From positions 10,976,001-11,040,000 of the forward strand of contig CM119372.1 of assembly GCA_051294905.1 (NCBI GenBank): a stretch of 64,000 bases of DNA. The letters are read 5' to 3'. Below, piece by piece: positions 26,001-41,000 of this stretch. A program made the position numbers and the translations under genes. The notes under the pieces were generated by a model. It was given only the letters and a program-made list of their open reading frames with translations, was not told the origin of the DNA and did not search any database. The stretch is from Botryllus schlosseri (lineage: Eukaryota). How positions within the stretch are numbered: position 1 is the first letter of the stretch; each line of letters begins with the position of its first letter.

Positions 26001-29000
26001 AGAGGTCGCCGTATTGTCCTTTGCCTCCTTCGGTGGTGACATCAACTGCAAGATCGCTGTCGACGTGTGCGTCAGCGATAGCGAGAGTATTGTCTGCGAT
26101 ATCGACATCGACGCCGTGACCGCCAGAATGATCACCGTCCACGTTGACGGCGAGTCCCATTGGGCCCATGCCGAATTGGAATCCGTTGTTTGCGTTGGCG
26201 TGAGCAATAGCGTCACCGCTTCCGTAGTGAGGTCCTCCGGATGCGATCGCTTTAGCAGCGGCGTTGTTTGCGAGGTTAAGGTTAATTCCGCCCATACCCA
26301 TGTTTGCGAAGAGGTCGCCGTATTGTCCTTTGCCTCCGTCGGTGGTGACATCAACTGCAAGATCGCTATCGACATGTGCGTCAGCGATGGCGAGAGTGTT
26401 GTCTGCTACATCGACTTCGACGCCGTGACCGCCAGAATGATCCCCGTCCACATTGACGCCGAGTCCCATTGGGCCCATGGCGAATTGGAATCCGTTGTTT
26501 GCGTTGGCGTGTGCAATGGCATCACCGCTTCCGTAGTGAGGTCCTCCGGTTGCGATTGCTTTAGCAGCGGCGTTGTTTCCGAAGTTAAGGTTAATTCCGC
26601 CCATACCCATGTTTGCGAAGAGGTCGCCATATTGTCCTTTGCCTCCGTCGGTGATGACATCAACTGCAAGATCGCTATCGACGTGTGCGTCAGCGATGGC
26701 GAGAGTGTTGTCTGCTACATCGACTTCGACGCCGTGACCGCCAGAATGATCACCGTCCACATTGACGCCGAGTCCCATTGGGCCCATGGCGAATTGGAAT
26801 CCGTTGTTTGCGTTGGCGTGTGCAATAGCATCACCGCTTCCGTAGCGAGGTCCTCCGGTTGCGATTGCTTTAGCAGCGGCGTTGTTTCCGAAGTTAAGGT
26901 TAATTCCGCCCATACCCATGTTTGCGAAGAGGTCGCCGTATTGTCCTTTGCCTCCGTCGGTGGTGACATCAACTGCAAGATCGCTATTGACGTGTGCGTC
27001 AGCGATGGCGAGAGTGTTGTCTGCTACATCGACTTCGACGCCGTGACCGCCAAAATGATCACCGTCCACATTGACGCCGAGTCCCATTGGGCCCATGGCG
27101 AATTGGAATCCGTTGTTTGCGTTGGCGTGTGCAATAGCATCACCGCTTCCGTAGTGAGGTCCTCCGGTTGCGATTGCTTTAGCAGCGGCGTTGTTTCCGA
27201 GGTTAAGATGAATTCCGCCCATACCCATGTTTGCGAAGAGGTCGCCGTATTGTCCTTTGCCTCCGTCGGTGATGACATCAACTGCAAGATCGCTATCGAC
27301 GTGTGCGTCAGCGATGGCGAGAGTGTTGTCTGCTACATCGACATCGACGCCGCGACCGCCAGAATGATCACCGTCCACATTGACGCCGAGTCCCATTGGG
27401 CCCATGGCGAATTGGAATCCGTTGTTTGCGTTGGCGTGTGCAATAGCATCACCGCTTCCGTAGTGAGGTCCTCCGGTTGCGATTGCTTTAGCAGCGGCGT
27501 TGTTTCCGAAGTTAAGGTTAATTCCGCCCATACCCATGTTTGCGATGAGGTCGCCGTATTGTCCTTTGCCTCCGTCGGTGGTGACATCAACTGCAAGATC
27601 GCTATTGACGTGTGCGTCAGCGATGGCGAGAGTGTTGTCTGCTACATCGACTTCGACGCCGTGACCGCCAGAATGATCACCGTCCACATTGACGCCGAGT
27701 CCCATTGGGCCCATGGCGAATTGGAATCCGTTGTTTGCGTTGGCGTGTGCAATAGCATCACCGCTTCCGTAGTGAGGTCCTCCGGTTGCGATTGCTTTAG
27801 CAGCGGCGTTGTTTCCGAGGTTAAGGTTAATTCCGCCCATACCCATGTTTGCGAAGAGGTCGCCGTATTGTCCTTTGCCTCCGTCGGTGGTGACATCAAC
27901 TGCAAGATCGCTATCGACGTGTGCGTCAGCGATGGCGAGAGTGTTGTCTGCTACATCGACATCGACGCCGTGACCGCCAGAATGATCACCGTCCACATTG
28001 ACGCCGAGTCCCATTGGGCCCATGGCGAATTGGAATCCGTTGTTTGCGTTGGCGTGTGCAATAGCATCACCGCTTCCGTAGTGAGGTCCTCCGGTTGCGA
28101 TTGCTTTAGCAGCGGCGTTGTTTCCGAAGTTAAGGTTAATTCCGCCCATACCCATGTTTGCGAAGAGGTCGCCGTATTGTCCTTTGCCTCCGTCGGTGGT
28201 GACATCAACTGCAAGATCGCTATTGACGTGTGCGTCAGCGATGGCGAGAGTGTTGTCTGCTACATCGACTTCGACGCCGTGACCGCCAGAATGATCACCG
28301 TCCACATTGACGCCGAGTCCCATTGGGCCCATGGCGAATTGGAATCCGTTGTTTGCGTTGGCGTGTGCAATAGCATCACCGCTTCCGTAGTGAGGTCCTC
28401 CGGTTGCGATTGCTTTAGCAGCGGCGTTGTTTCCGAGGTTAAGGTGAATTCCGCCCATACCCATGTTTGCGAAGAGGTCGCCGTATTGTCCTTTGCCTCC
28501 GTCGGTGATGACATCAACTGCAAGATCGCTATCGACGTGTGCGTCAGCGATGGCGAGAGTGTTGTCTGCTACATCGACATCGACGCCGTGACCGCCAGAA
28601 TGATCACCGTCCACATTGACGCCGAGTCCCATTGGGCCCATGGCGAATTGGAATCCGTTGTTTGCGTTGGCGTGTGCAATAGCATCACCGCTTCCGTAGT
28701 GAGGTCCTCCGGTTGCGATTGCTTTAGCAGCGGCGTTGTTTCCGAAGTTAAGGTTAATTCCGCCCATACCCATGTTTGCGAAGAGGTCGCCGTATTGTCC
28801 TTTGCCTCCGTCGGTGGTGACATCAACTGCAAGATCGCTATTGACGTGTGCGTCAGCGATGGCGAGAGTGTTGTCTGCTACATCGACTTCGACGCCGTGA
28901 CCGCCAGAATGATCACCGTCCACATTGACGCCGAGTCCCATTGGGCCCATGGCGAATTGGAATCCGTTGTTTGCGTTGGCGTGTGCAATGGCATCACCGC

Positions 29001-32000
29001 TTCCGTAGTGAGGTCCTCCGGTTGCGATTGCTTTAGCAGCGGCGTTGTTTCCGAAGTTAAGGTTAATTCCGCCCATACCCATGTTTGCGAAGAGGTCGCC
29101 GTATTGTCCTTTGCCTCCGTCGGTGATGACATCAACTGCAAGATCGCTATCGACGTGTGCGTCAGCAATGGCGAGAGTGTTGTCAGCTACATCGACATCG
29201 ACGCCGTGACCGCCAGAATGATCACCGTCCACATTGACGCCGAGTCCCATTGGGCCCATGGCGAATTGGAATCCGTTGTTTGCGTTGGCGTGTGCAATAG
29301 CATCACCGCTTCCGTAGTGAGGTCCTCCGGTTGCGATTGCTTTAGCAGCGGCGTTGTTTCCGAAGTTAAGGTTAATTCCGCCCATACCCATGTTTGCGAA
29401 GAGGTCGCCGTATTGTCCTTTGCCTCCGTCAGTGGTGACATCAACTGCAAGATCGCTATTGACGTGTGCGTCAGCGATGGCGAGAGTGTTGTCTGCTACA
29501 TCGACATCGACGCCGTGACCGCCAGAATGATCACCGTCCACATTGACGCCGAGTCCCATTGGGCCCATGGCGAATTGGAATCCGTTGTTTGCGTTGGCGT
29601 GTGCAATAGCATCACCGCTTCCGTAGTGAGGTCCTCCGGTTGCGATTGCTTTAGCAGCGGCGTTGTTTCCGAAGTTAAGGTTAATTCCGCCCATACCCAT
29701 GTTTGCGAAGAGGTCGCCGTATTGTCCTTTGCCTCCATCGGTGGTGACATCAACTGCAAGATCGCTATTGACGTGTGCGTCAGCGATGGCGAGAGTGTTG
29801 TCTGCTACATCGACTTCGACGCCGTGACCGCCAGAATGATCACCGTCCACATTGACGCCGAGTCCCATTGGGCCCATGGCGAATTGGAATCCGTTGTTTG
29901 CGTTGGCGTGTGCAATAGCATCACCGCTTCCGTAGTGAGGTCCTCCGGTTGCGATTGCTTTAGCAGCGGCGTTGTTTCCGAAGTTAAGGTTAATTCCGCC
30001 CATACCCATGTTTGCGAAGAGGTCGCCGTATTGTCCTTTGCCTCCGTCGGTGGTGACATCAACTGCAAGATCGCTATTGACGTGTGCGTCAGCGATGGCG
30101 AGAGTGTTGTCTGCTACATCGACTTCGACGCCGTGACCGCCAGAATGATCACCGTCCACATTGACGCCGAGTCCCATTGGGCCCATGGCGAATTGGAATC
30201 CGTTGTTTGCGTTGGCGTGTGCAATAGCATCACCGCTTCCGTGGTGAGGTCCTCCGGTTGCGATTGCTTTAGCAGCGGCGTTGTTTCCGAAGTTAAGGTT
30301 AATTCCGCCCATACCCATGTTTGCGAAGAGGTCGCCGTATTGTCCTTTGCCTCCGTCGGTGGTGACATCAATTGCAAGATCGCTATTGACGTGTGCGTCA
30401 GCGATGGCGAGAGTGTTGTCTGCTACATCGACTTCGACGCCGTGACCGCCAGAATGATCACCGTCCACATTGACGCCGAGTCCCATTGGGCCCATGGCGA
30501 ATTGGAATCCGTTGTTTGCGTTGGCGTGTGCAATAGCATCACCGCTTCCGTAGTGAGGTCCTCCGGTTGCGATTGCTTTAGCAGCGGCGTTGTTTCCGAA
30601 GTTAAGGTTAATTCCGCCCATACCCATGTTTGCGAAGAGGTCGCCGTATTGTCCTTTGCCTCCGTCGGTGGTGACATCAACTGCAAGATCGCTATTGACG
30701 TGTGCGTCAGCGATGGCGAGAGTGTTGTCTGCTACATCGACTTCGACGCCGTGACCGCCAGAATGATCACCGTCCACATTGACGCCGAGTCCCATTGGGC
30801 CCATGGCGAATTGGAATCCGTTGTTTGCGTTGGCGTGTGCAATAGCATCACCGCTTCCGTAGTGAGGTCCTCCGGTTGCGATTGCTTTAGCAGCGGCGTT
30901 GTTTCCGAAGTTAAGGTTAATTCCGCCCATACCCATGTTTGCGAAGAGGTCGCCGTATTGTCCTTTGCCTCCGTCGGTGGTGACATCAACTGCAAGATCG
31001 CTATTGACGTGTGCGTCAGCGATGGCGAGAGTGCTGTCTGCTACATCGACTTCGACGCCGTGACCGCCAGAATGATCACCGTCCACATTGACGCCGAGTC
31101 CCATTGGGCCCATGGCGAATTGGAATCCGTTGTTTGCGTTGGCGTGTGCAATAGCATCACCGCTTCCGTAGTGAGGTCCTCCGGTTGCGATTGCTTTAGC
31201 AGCGGCGTTGTTTCCGAAGTTAAGGTTAATTCCGCCCATACCCATGTTTGCGAAGAGGTCGCCGTATTGTCCTTTGCCTCCGTCGGTGGTGACATCAACT
31301 GCAAGATCGCTATTGACGTGTGCGTCAGCGATGGCGAGAGTGTTGTCTGCTACATCGACTTCGACGCCGTGACCGCCAGAATGATCACCGTCCACATTGA
31401 CGCCGAGTCCCATTGGGCCCATGGCGAATTGGAATCCGTTGTTTGCGTTGGCGTGTGCAATAGCATCACCGCTTCCGTAGTGAGGTCCTCCGGTTGCGAT
31501 TGCTTTAGCAGCGGCGTTGTTTCCGAAGTTAAGGTTAATTCCGCCCATACCCATGTTTGCGAAGAGGTCGCCGTACTGTCCTTTACCTCCGTCGGTGGTG
31601 ACATCAACTGCAAGATCGCTATTGACGTGTGCGTCAGCGATGGCGAGAGTGTTGTCTGCTACATCGACTTCGACGCCGTGACCGCCAGAATGATCACCGT
31701 CCACATTGACGCCGAGTCCCATTGGGCCCATGCCGAATTGGAATCCGTTGTTTGCGTTGGCGTGAGCAATAGCGTCACCGCTTCCGTAGTGAGGTCCTCC
31801 GGCTGCGATCGCTTTAGCAGCGGCGTTGTTAGCGAAGTTAAGGTTAACTCCGCCCATACCCATGTTTGCGAAGAGGTCGCCGTATTGTCCTTTGCCTCCG
31901 TCGGTGGTGACATCAACTGCAAGATCGCTGTCGACGTGTGCGTCAGCGATAGCGAGAGTGTTGTCTGCTACATCGACATCGACGCCGTGACCGCCAGAAT

Positions 32001-35000
32001 GATCACCGTCCACGTTGACGGCGAGTCCCATTGGGCCCATGCCGAATTGGAATCCGTTGTTTGCGTTGGCATGAGCAATAGCGTCACCGCTTCCGTAGTG
32101 AGGTCCTCCGGCTGCGATCGCTTTAGCAGCGGCGTTGTTTGCGAAGTTAAGGTTAATTCCGCCCATACCCATGCTTGCGAAGAGGTCGCCGTATTGTCCT
32201 TTGCCTCCTTCGGTGGTGACATCAACTGCAAGATCGCTGTCGACGTGTGCGTCAGCGATAGCGAGAGTGTTGTCTGCTACATCGACATCGACGCCGTGAC
32301 CGCCAGAATGATCCCCGTCCACATTGACGCCGAGTCCCATTGGGCCCATGGCGAATTGGAATCCGTTGTTTGCGTTGGCGTGTGCAATGGCATCACCGCT
32401 TCCGTAGTGAGGTCCTCCGGTTGCGATTGCTTTAGCAGCGGCGTTGTTTCCGAAGTTAAGGTTAATTCCGCCCATACCCATGTTTGCGAAGAGGTCGCCA
32501 TATTGTCCTTTGCCTCCGTCGGTGATGACATCAACTGCAAGATCGCTATCGACGTGTGCGTCAGCGATGGCGAGAGTGTTGTCTGCTACATCGACATCGA
32601 CGCCGTGACCGCCAGAATGATCACCGTCCACATTGACGCCGAGTCCCATTGGGCCCATGGCGAATTGGAATCCGTTGTTTGCGTTGGCGTGTGCAATAGC
32701 ATCACCGCTTCCGTAGTGAGGTCCTCCGGTTGCGATTGCTTTAGCAGCGGCGTTGTTTCCGAAGTTAAGGTTAATTCCGCCCATACCCATGTTTGCCAAG
32801 AGGTCGCCGTATTGTCCTTTGCCTCCGTCGGTGGTGACATCAACTGCAAGATCGCTGTCGACGTGTGCGTCAGCGATAGCGAGAGTATTGTCTGCGATAT
32901 CGACATCGACGCCGTGACCGCCAGAATGATCACCGTCCACGTTGACGGCGAGTCCCATTGGGCCCATGCCGAATTGGAATCCGTTGTTTGCGTTGGCGTG
33001 AGCAATAGCGTCACCGCTTCCGTAGTGAGGTCCTCCGGCTGCGATCGCTTTAGCAGCGGCGTTGTTTGCGAAGTTAAGGTTAATTCCGCCCATACCCATG
33101 CTTGCGAAGAGGTCGCCGTATTGTCCTTTGCCTCCTTCGGTGGTGACATCAACTGCAAGATCGCTGTCGACGTGTGCGTCAGCGATAGCGAGAGTGTTGT
33201 CTGCGATATCGACATCGACGCCGTGACCGCCAGAATGATCACCGTCCACGTTGACGGCGAGTCCCATTGGGCCCATGCCGAATTGGAATCCGTTGTTTGC
33301 GTTGGCGTGAGCAATAGCGTCACCGCTTCCGTAGTGAGGTCCTCCGGCTGCGATCGCTTTAGCAGCGGCGTTGTTTGCGAAGTTAAGGTTAATTCCGCCC
33401 ATACCCATGCTTGCGAAGAGGTCGCCGTATTGTCCTTTGCCTCCTTCGGTGGTGACATCAACTGCAAGATCGCTGTCGACGTGTGCGTCAGCGATAGCGA
33501 GAGTGTTGTCTGCTACATCGACATCGACGCCGTGACCGCCAGAATGATCACCGTCCACGTTGACGGCGAGTCCCATTGGGCCCATGCCGAATTGGAATCC
33601 GTTGTTTGCGTTGGCGTGAGCAATAGCGTCACCGCTTCCGTAGTGAGGTCCTCCGGCTGCGATCGCTTTAGCAGCGGCGTTGTTAGCGAAGTTAAGGTTA
33701 ATTCCGCCCATACCCATGCTTGCGAAGAGGTCGCCGTATGGTCCTTTGCCTCCTTCGGTGGTGACATCAACTGCAAGATCGCTGTCGACGTGTGCGTCAG
33801 CGATAGCGAGAGTGTTGTCTGCTACATCGACATCGACGCCGTGACCGCCAGAATGATCACCGTCCACGTTGACGGCGAGTCCCATTGGGCCCATGCCGAA
33901 TTGGAATCCGTTGTTTGCGTTGGCGTGAGCAATAGCGTCACCGCTTCCGTAGTGAGGTCCTCCGGCTGCGATCGCTTTAGCAGCGGCGTTGTTTGCGAAG
34001 TTAAGGTTAATTCCGCCCATACCCATGCTTGCGAAGAGGTCGCCGTATTTTCCTTTGCCTCCTTCGGTGGTGACATCAACTGCAAGATCGCTGTCGACGT
34101 GTGCGTCAGCGATAGCGAGAGTGTTGTCTGCTACATCGACATCGACGCCGTGACCGCCAGAATGATCACCGTCCACGTTGACGGCGAGTCCCATTGGGCC
34201 CATGCCGAATTGGAATCCGTTGTTTGCGTTGGCGTGAGCAATAGCGTCACCGCTTCCGTAGTGAGGTCCTCCGGCTGCGATCGCTTTAGCAGCGGCGTTG
34301 TTAGCGAAGTTAAGGTTAATTCCGCCCATACCCATGCTTGCGAAGAGGTCGCCGTATTGTCCTTTGCCTCCTTCGGTGGTGACATCAACTGCAAGATCGC
34401 TGTCGACGTGTGCGTCAGCGATAGCGAGAGTGTTGTCTGCTACATCGACATCGACGCCGTGACCGCCAGAATGATCACCGTCCACGTTGACGGCGAGTCC
34501 CATTGGGCCCATGCCGAATTGGAATCCGTTGTTTGCGTTGGCGTGAGCAATAGCGTCACCGCTTCCGTAGTGAGGTCCTCCGGCTGCGATCGCTTTAGCA
34601 GCGGCGTTGTTAGCGAAGTTAAGGTTAACTCCGCCCATACCCATGCTTGCGAAGAGGTCGCCGTATTGTCCTTTGCCTCCTTCGGTGGTGACATCAACTG
34701 CAAGATCGCTGTCGACGTGTGCGTCAGCGATAGCGAGAGTGTTGTCTGCTACATCGACATCGACGCCGTGACCGCCAGAATGATCACCGTCCACGTTGAC
34801 GGCGAGTCCCATTGGGCCCATGCCGAATTGGAATCCGTTGTTTGCGTTGGCATGAGCAATAGCGTCACCGCTTCCGTAGTGAGGTCCTCCGGCTGCGATC
34901 GCTTTAGCAGCGGCGTTGTTTGCGAAGTTAAGGTTAATTCCGCCCATTCCCATGCTTGCGAAGAGGTCGCCGTATTGTCCTTTGCCTCCTTCGGTGGTGA

Positions 35001-38000
35001 CATCAACTGCAAGATCGCTGTCGGCGTGTGCGTCAGCGATAGCGAGAGTGTTGTCTGCTACATCGACATCGACGCCGTGACCGCCAGAATGATCACCGTC
35101 CACGTTGACGGCGAGTCCCATTGGGCCCATGCCGAATTGGAATCCGTTGTTTGCGTTGGCGTGAGCAATAGCGTCACCGCTTCCGTAGTGAGGTCCTCCG
35201 GCTGCGATCGCTTTAGCAGCGGCGTTGTTAGCGAAGTTAAGGTTAATTCCGCCCATACCCATGCTTGCGAAGAGGTCGCCGTATTGTCCTTTGCCTCCTT
35301 CGGTGGTGACATCAACTGCAAGATCGCTGTCGACGTGTGCGTCAGCGATAGCGAGAGTATTGTCTGCGATATCGACGTCGACGCCGTGACCGCCAGAATG
35401 ATCACCGTCCACGTTGACGGCGAGTCCCATTGGGCCCATGCCGAATTGGAATCCGTTGTTTGCGTTGGCGTGAGCAATAGCGTCACCGCTTCCGTAGTGA
35501 GGTCCTCCGGATGCGATCGCCTTAGCAGCGGCGTTGTTCGCGAAGTTAAGGTTAATTCCGCCCATACCCATGCTTGCGAAGAGGTCGCGGTTTTGTCCTT
35601 TGCCTCCTTCGGTGGTGACATCAACTGCAAGATCGCTGTCGACGTGTGCGTCAGCGATAGCGAGAGTGTTGTCTGCTACATCGACATCGACGCCGTGACC
35701 GCCAGAATGATCACCGTCCACGTTGACGGCGAGTCCCATTGGGCCCATGCCGAATTGGAATCCGTTGTTTGCGTTGGCGTGAGCAATAGCGTCACCGCTT
35801 CCGTAGTGAGGTCCTCCGGCTGCGATCGCTTTAGCAGCGGCGTTGTTAGCGAAGTTAAGGTTAATTCCGCCCATACCCATGCTTGCGAAGAGGTCGCCGT
35901 ATTGTCCTTTGCCTCCTTCGGTGGTGACATCAACTGCAAGATCGCTGTCAACGTGTGCGTCAGCGATAGCGAGAGTATTGTCTGCGATATCGACATCGAC
36001 GCCGTGACCGCCAGAATGATCACCGTCCACGTTGACGGCGAGTCCCATTGGGCCCATGCCGAATTGGAATCCGTTGTTTGCGTTGGCGTGAGCAATAGCG
36101 TCACCGCTTCCGTAGTGAGGTCCTCCGGATGCGATCGCTTTAGCAGCGGCGTTGTTCGCGAAGTTAAGGTTAATTCCGCCCATACCCATGCTTGCGAAGA
36201 GGTCGCCGTATTTTCCTTTGCCTCCTTCGGTGGTGACATCAACTGCAAGATCGCTGTCGACGTGTGCGTCAGCGATAGCGAGAGTGTTGTCTGCTACATC
36301 GACATCGACGCCGTGACCGCCAGAATGATCCCCGTCCACATTGACGCCGAGTCCCATTGGGCCCATGGCGAATTGGAATCCGTTGTTTGCGTTGGCGTGT
36401 GCAATGGCATCACCGCTTCCGTAGTGAGGTCCTCCGGTTGCGATTGATTTAGCAGCGGCGTTGTTTCCGAAGTTAAGGTTAATTCCGCCCATACCCATGT
36501 TTGCGAAGAGGTCGCCATATTGTCCTTTGCCTCCGTCGGTGATGACATCAACTGCAAGATCGCTATCGACGTGTGCGTCAGCGATGGCGAGAGTGTTGTC
36601 TGCTACATCGACATCGACGCCGTGACCGCCAGAATGATCACCGTCCACATTGACGCCGAGTCCCATTGGGCCCATGGCGAATTGGAATCCGTTGTTTGCG
36701 TTGGCGTGTGCAATAGCATCACCGCTTCCGTAGTGAGGTCCTCCGGTTGCGATTGCTTTAGCAGCGGCGTTGTTTCCGAAGTTAAGGTTAATTCCGCCCA
36801 TACCCATGTTTGCGAAGAGGTCGCCGTATTGTCCTTTGCCTCCGTCGGTGGTGACATCAACTGCAAGATCGCTGTCGACGTGTGCGTCAGCGATAGCGAG
36901 AGTATTGTCTGCGATATCGACATCGACGCCGTGACCGCCAGAATGATCACCGTCCACGTTGACGGCGAGTCCCATTGGGCCCATGCCGAATTGGAATCCG
37001 TTGTTTGCGTTGGCGTGAGCAATAGCGTCACCGCTTCCGTAGTGAGGTCCTCCGGCTGCGATCGCTTTAGCAGCGGCGTTGTTTGCGAAGTTAAGGTTAA
37101 TTCCGCCCATACCCATGCTTGCGAAGAGGTCGCCGTATTGTCCTTTGCCTCCTTCGGTGGTGACATCAACTGCAAGATCGCTGTCGACGTGTGCGTCAGC
37201 GATAGCGAGAGTGTTGTCTTCGATATCGACATCGACGCCGTGACCGCCAGAATGATCACCGTCCACGTTGACGGCGAGTCCCATTGGGCCCATGCCGAAT
37301 TGGAATCCGTTGTTTGCGTTGGCGTGAGCAATAGCGTCACCGCTTCCGTAGTGAGGTCCTCCGGCTGCGATCGCTTTAGCAGCGGCGTTGTTTGCGAAGT
37401 TAAGGTTAATTCCGCCCATACCCATGCTTGCGAAGAGGTCGCCGTATTGTCCTTTGCCTCCTTCGGTGGTGACATCAACTGCAAGATCGCTGTCGACGTG
37501 TGCGTCAGCGATAGCGAGAGTGTTGTCTGCTACATCGACATCGACGCCGTGACCGCCAGAATGATCACCGTCCACGTTGACGGCGAGTCCCATTGGGCCC
37601 ATGCCGATTTGGAATCCGTTGTTTGCGTTGGCGTGAGCAATAGCGTCACCGCTTCCGTAGTGAGGTCCTCCGGCTGCGATCGCTTTAGCAGCGGCGTTGT
37701 TAGCGAAGTTAAGGTTAATTCCGCCCATACCCATGCTTGCGAAGAGGTCGCCGTATGGTCCTTTGCCTCCTTCGGTGGTGACATCAACTGCAAGATCGCT
37801 GTCGACGTGTGCGTCAGCGATAGCGAGAGTGTTGTCTGCTACATCGACATCGACGCCGTGACCGCCAGAATGATCACCGTCCACGTTGACGGCGAGTCCC
37901 ATTGGGCCCATGCCGAATTGGAATCCGTTGTTTGCGTTGGCGTGAGCAATAGCGTCACCGCTTCCGTAGTGAGGTCCTCCGGCTGCGATCGCTTTAGCAG

Positions 38001-41000
38001 CGGCGTTGTTTGCGAAGTTAAGGTTAATTCCGCCCATACCCATGCTTGCGAAGAGGTCGCCGTATTTTCCTTTGCCTCCTTCGGTGGTGACATCAACTGC
38101 AAGATCGCTGTCGACGTGTGCGTCAGCGATAGCGAGAGTGTTGTCTGCTACATCGACATCGACGCCGTGACCGCCAGAATGATCCCCGTCCACATTGACG
38201 CCGAGTCCCATTGGGCCCATGGCGAATTGGAATCCGTTGTTTGCGTTGGCGTGTGCAATGGCATCACCGCTTCCGTAGTGAGGTCCTCCGGTTGCGATTG
38301 ATTTAGCAGCGGCGTTGTTTCCGAAGTTAAGGTTAATTCCGCCCATACCCATGTTTGCGAAGAGGTCGCCATATTGTCCTTTGCCTCCGTCGGTGATGAC
38401 ATCAACTGCAAGATCGCTATCGACGTGTGCGTCAGCGATGGCGAGAGTGTTGTCTGCTACATCGACATCGACGCCGTGACCGCCAGAATGATCACCGTCC
38501 ACATTGACGCCGAGTCCCATTGGGCCCATGGCGAATTGGAATCCGTTGTTTGCGTTGGCGTGTGCAATAGCATCACCGCTTCCGTAGTGAGGTCCTCCGG
38601 TTGCGATTGCTTTAGCAGCGGCGTTGTTTCCGAAGTTAAGGTTAATTCCGCCCATACCCATGTTTGCGAAGAGGTCGCCGTATTGTCCTTTGCCTCCGTC
38701 GGTGGTGACATCAACTGCAAGATCGCTGTCGACGTGTGCGTCAGCGATAGCGAGAGTATTGTCTGCGATATCGACATCGACGCCGTGACCGCCAGAATGA
38801 TCACCGTCCACGTTGACGGCGAGTCCCATTGGGCCCATGCCGAATTGGAATCCGTTGTTTGCGTTGGCGTGAGCAATAGCGTCACCGCTTCCGTAGTGAG
38901 GTCCTCCGGCTGCGATCGCTTTAGCAGCGGCGTTGTTTGCGAAGTTAAGGTTAATTCCGCCCATACCCATGCTTGCGAAGAGGTCGCCGTATTGTCCTTT
39001 GCCTCCTTCGGTGGTGACATCAACTGCAAGATCGCTGTCGACGTGTGCGTCAGCGATAGCGAGAGTGTTGTCTGCTACATCGACATCGACGCCGTGACCG
39101 CCAGAATGATCACCGTCCACGTTGACGGCGAGTCCCATTGGGCCCATGCCGAATTGGAATCCGTTGTTTGCGTTGGCGTGAGCAATAGCGTCACCGCTTC
39201 CGTAGTGAGGTCCTCCGGCTGCAATCGCTTTAGCAGCGGCGTTGTTAGCGAAGTTAAGGTTAATTCCGCCCATACCCATGCTTGCGAAGAGGTCGCCGTA
39301 TGGTCCTTTGCCTCCTTCGGTGGTGACATCAACTGCAAGATCGCTGTCGACGTGTGCGTCAGCGATAGCGAGAGTGTTGTCTGCTACATCGACATCGACG
39401 CCGTGACCGCCAGAATGATCACCGTCCACGTTGACGGCGAGTCCCATTGGGCCCATGCCGAATTGGAATCCGTTGTTTGCGTTGGCGTGAGCAATAGCGT
39501 CACCGCTTCCGTAGTGAGGTCCTCCGGCTGCGATCGCTTTAGCAGCGGCGTTGTTTGCGAAGTTAAGGTTAATTCCGCCCATACCCATGCTTGCGAAGAG
39601 GTCGCCGTATTTTCCTCTGCCTCCTTCGGTGGTGACATCAACTGCAAGATCGCTGTCGACGTGTGCGTCAGCGATAGCGAGAGTGTTGTCTGCTACATCG
39701 ACATCGACGCCGTGACCGCCAGAATGATCACCGTCCACGTTGACGGCGAGTCCCATTGGGCCCATGCCGAATTGGAATCCGTTGTTTGCGTTGGCGTGAG
39801 CAATAGCGTCACCGCTTCCGTAGTGAGGTCCTCCGGCTGCGATCGCTTTAGCAGCGGCGTTGTTAGCGAAGTTAAGGTTAATTCCGCCCATACCCATGCT
39901 TGCGAAGAGGTCGCCGTATTGTCCTTTGCCTCCTTCGGTGGTGACATCAACTGCAAGATCGCTGTCGACGTGTGCGTCAGCGATAGCGAGAGTGTTGTCT
40001 GCTACATCGACATCGACGCCGTGACCGCCAGAATGATCACCGTCCACGTTGACGGCGAGTCCCATTGGGCCCATGCCGAATTGGAATCCGTTGTTTGCGT
40101 TGGCGTGAGCAATAGCGTCACCGCTTCCGTAGTGAGGTCCTCCGGCTGCGATCGCTTTAGCAGCGGCGTTGTTAGCGAAGTTAAGGTTAACTCCGCCCAT
40201 ACCCATGCTTGCGAAGAGGTCGCCGTATTGTCCTTTGCCTCCTTCGGTGGTGACATCAACTGCAAGATCGCTGTCGACGTGTGCGTCAGCGATAGCGAGA
40301 GTGTTGTCTGCTACATCGACATCGACGCCGTGACCGCCAGAATGATCACCGTCCACGTTGACGGCGAGTCCCATTGGGCCCATGCCGAATTGGAATCCGT
40401 TGTTTGCGTTGGCATGAGCAATAGCGTCACCGCTTCCGTAGTGAGGTCCTCCGGCTGCGATCGCTTTAGCAGCGGCGTTGTTTGCGAAGTTAAGGTTAAT
40501 TCCGCCCATACCCATGCTTGCGAAGAGGTCGCCGTATTGTCCTTTGCCTCCTTCGGTGGTGACATCAACTGCAAGATCGCTGTCGGCGTGTGCGTCAGCG
40601 ATAGCGAGAGTGTTGTCTGCTACATCGACATCGACGCCGTGACCGCCAGAATGATCACCGTCCACGTTGACGGCGAGTCCCATTGGGCCCATGCCGAATT
40701 GGAATCCGTTGTTTGCGTTGGCGTGAGCAATAGCGTCACCGCTTCCGTAGTGAGGTCCTCCGGCTGCGATCGCTTTAGCAGCGGCGTTGTTAGCGAAGTT
40801 AAGGTTAATTCCGCCCATACCCATGCTTGCGAAGAGGTCGCCGTATTGTCCTTTGCCTCCTTCGGTGGTGACATCAACTGCAAGATCGCTGTCGACGTGT
40901 GCGTCAGCGATAGCGAGAGTATTGTCTGCGATATCGACGTCGACGCCGTGACCGCCAGAATGATCACCGTCCACGTTGACGGCGAGTCCCATTGGGCCCA

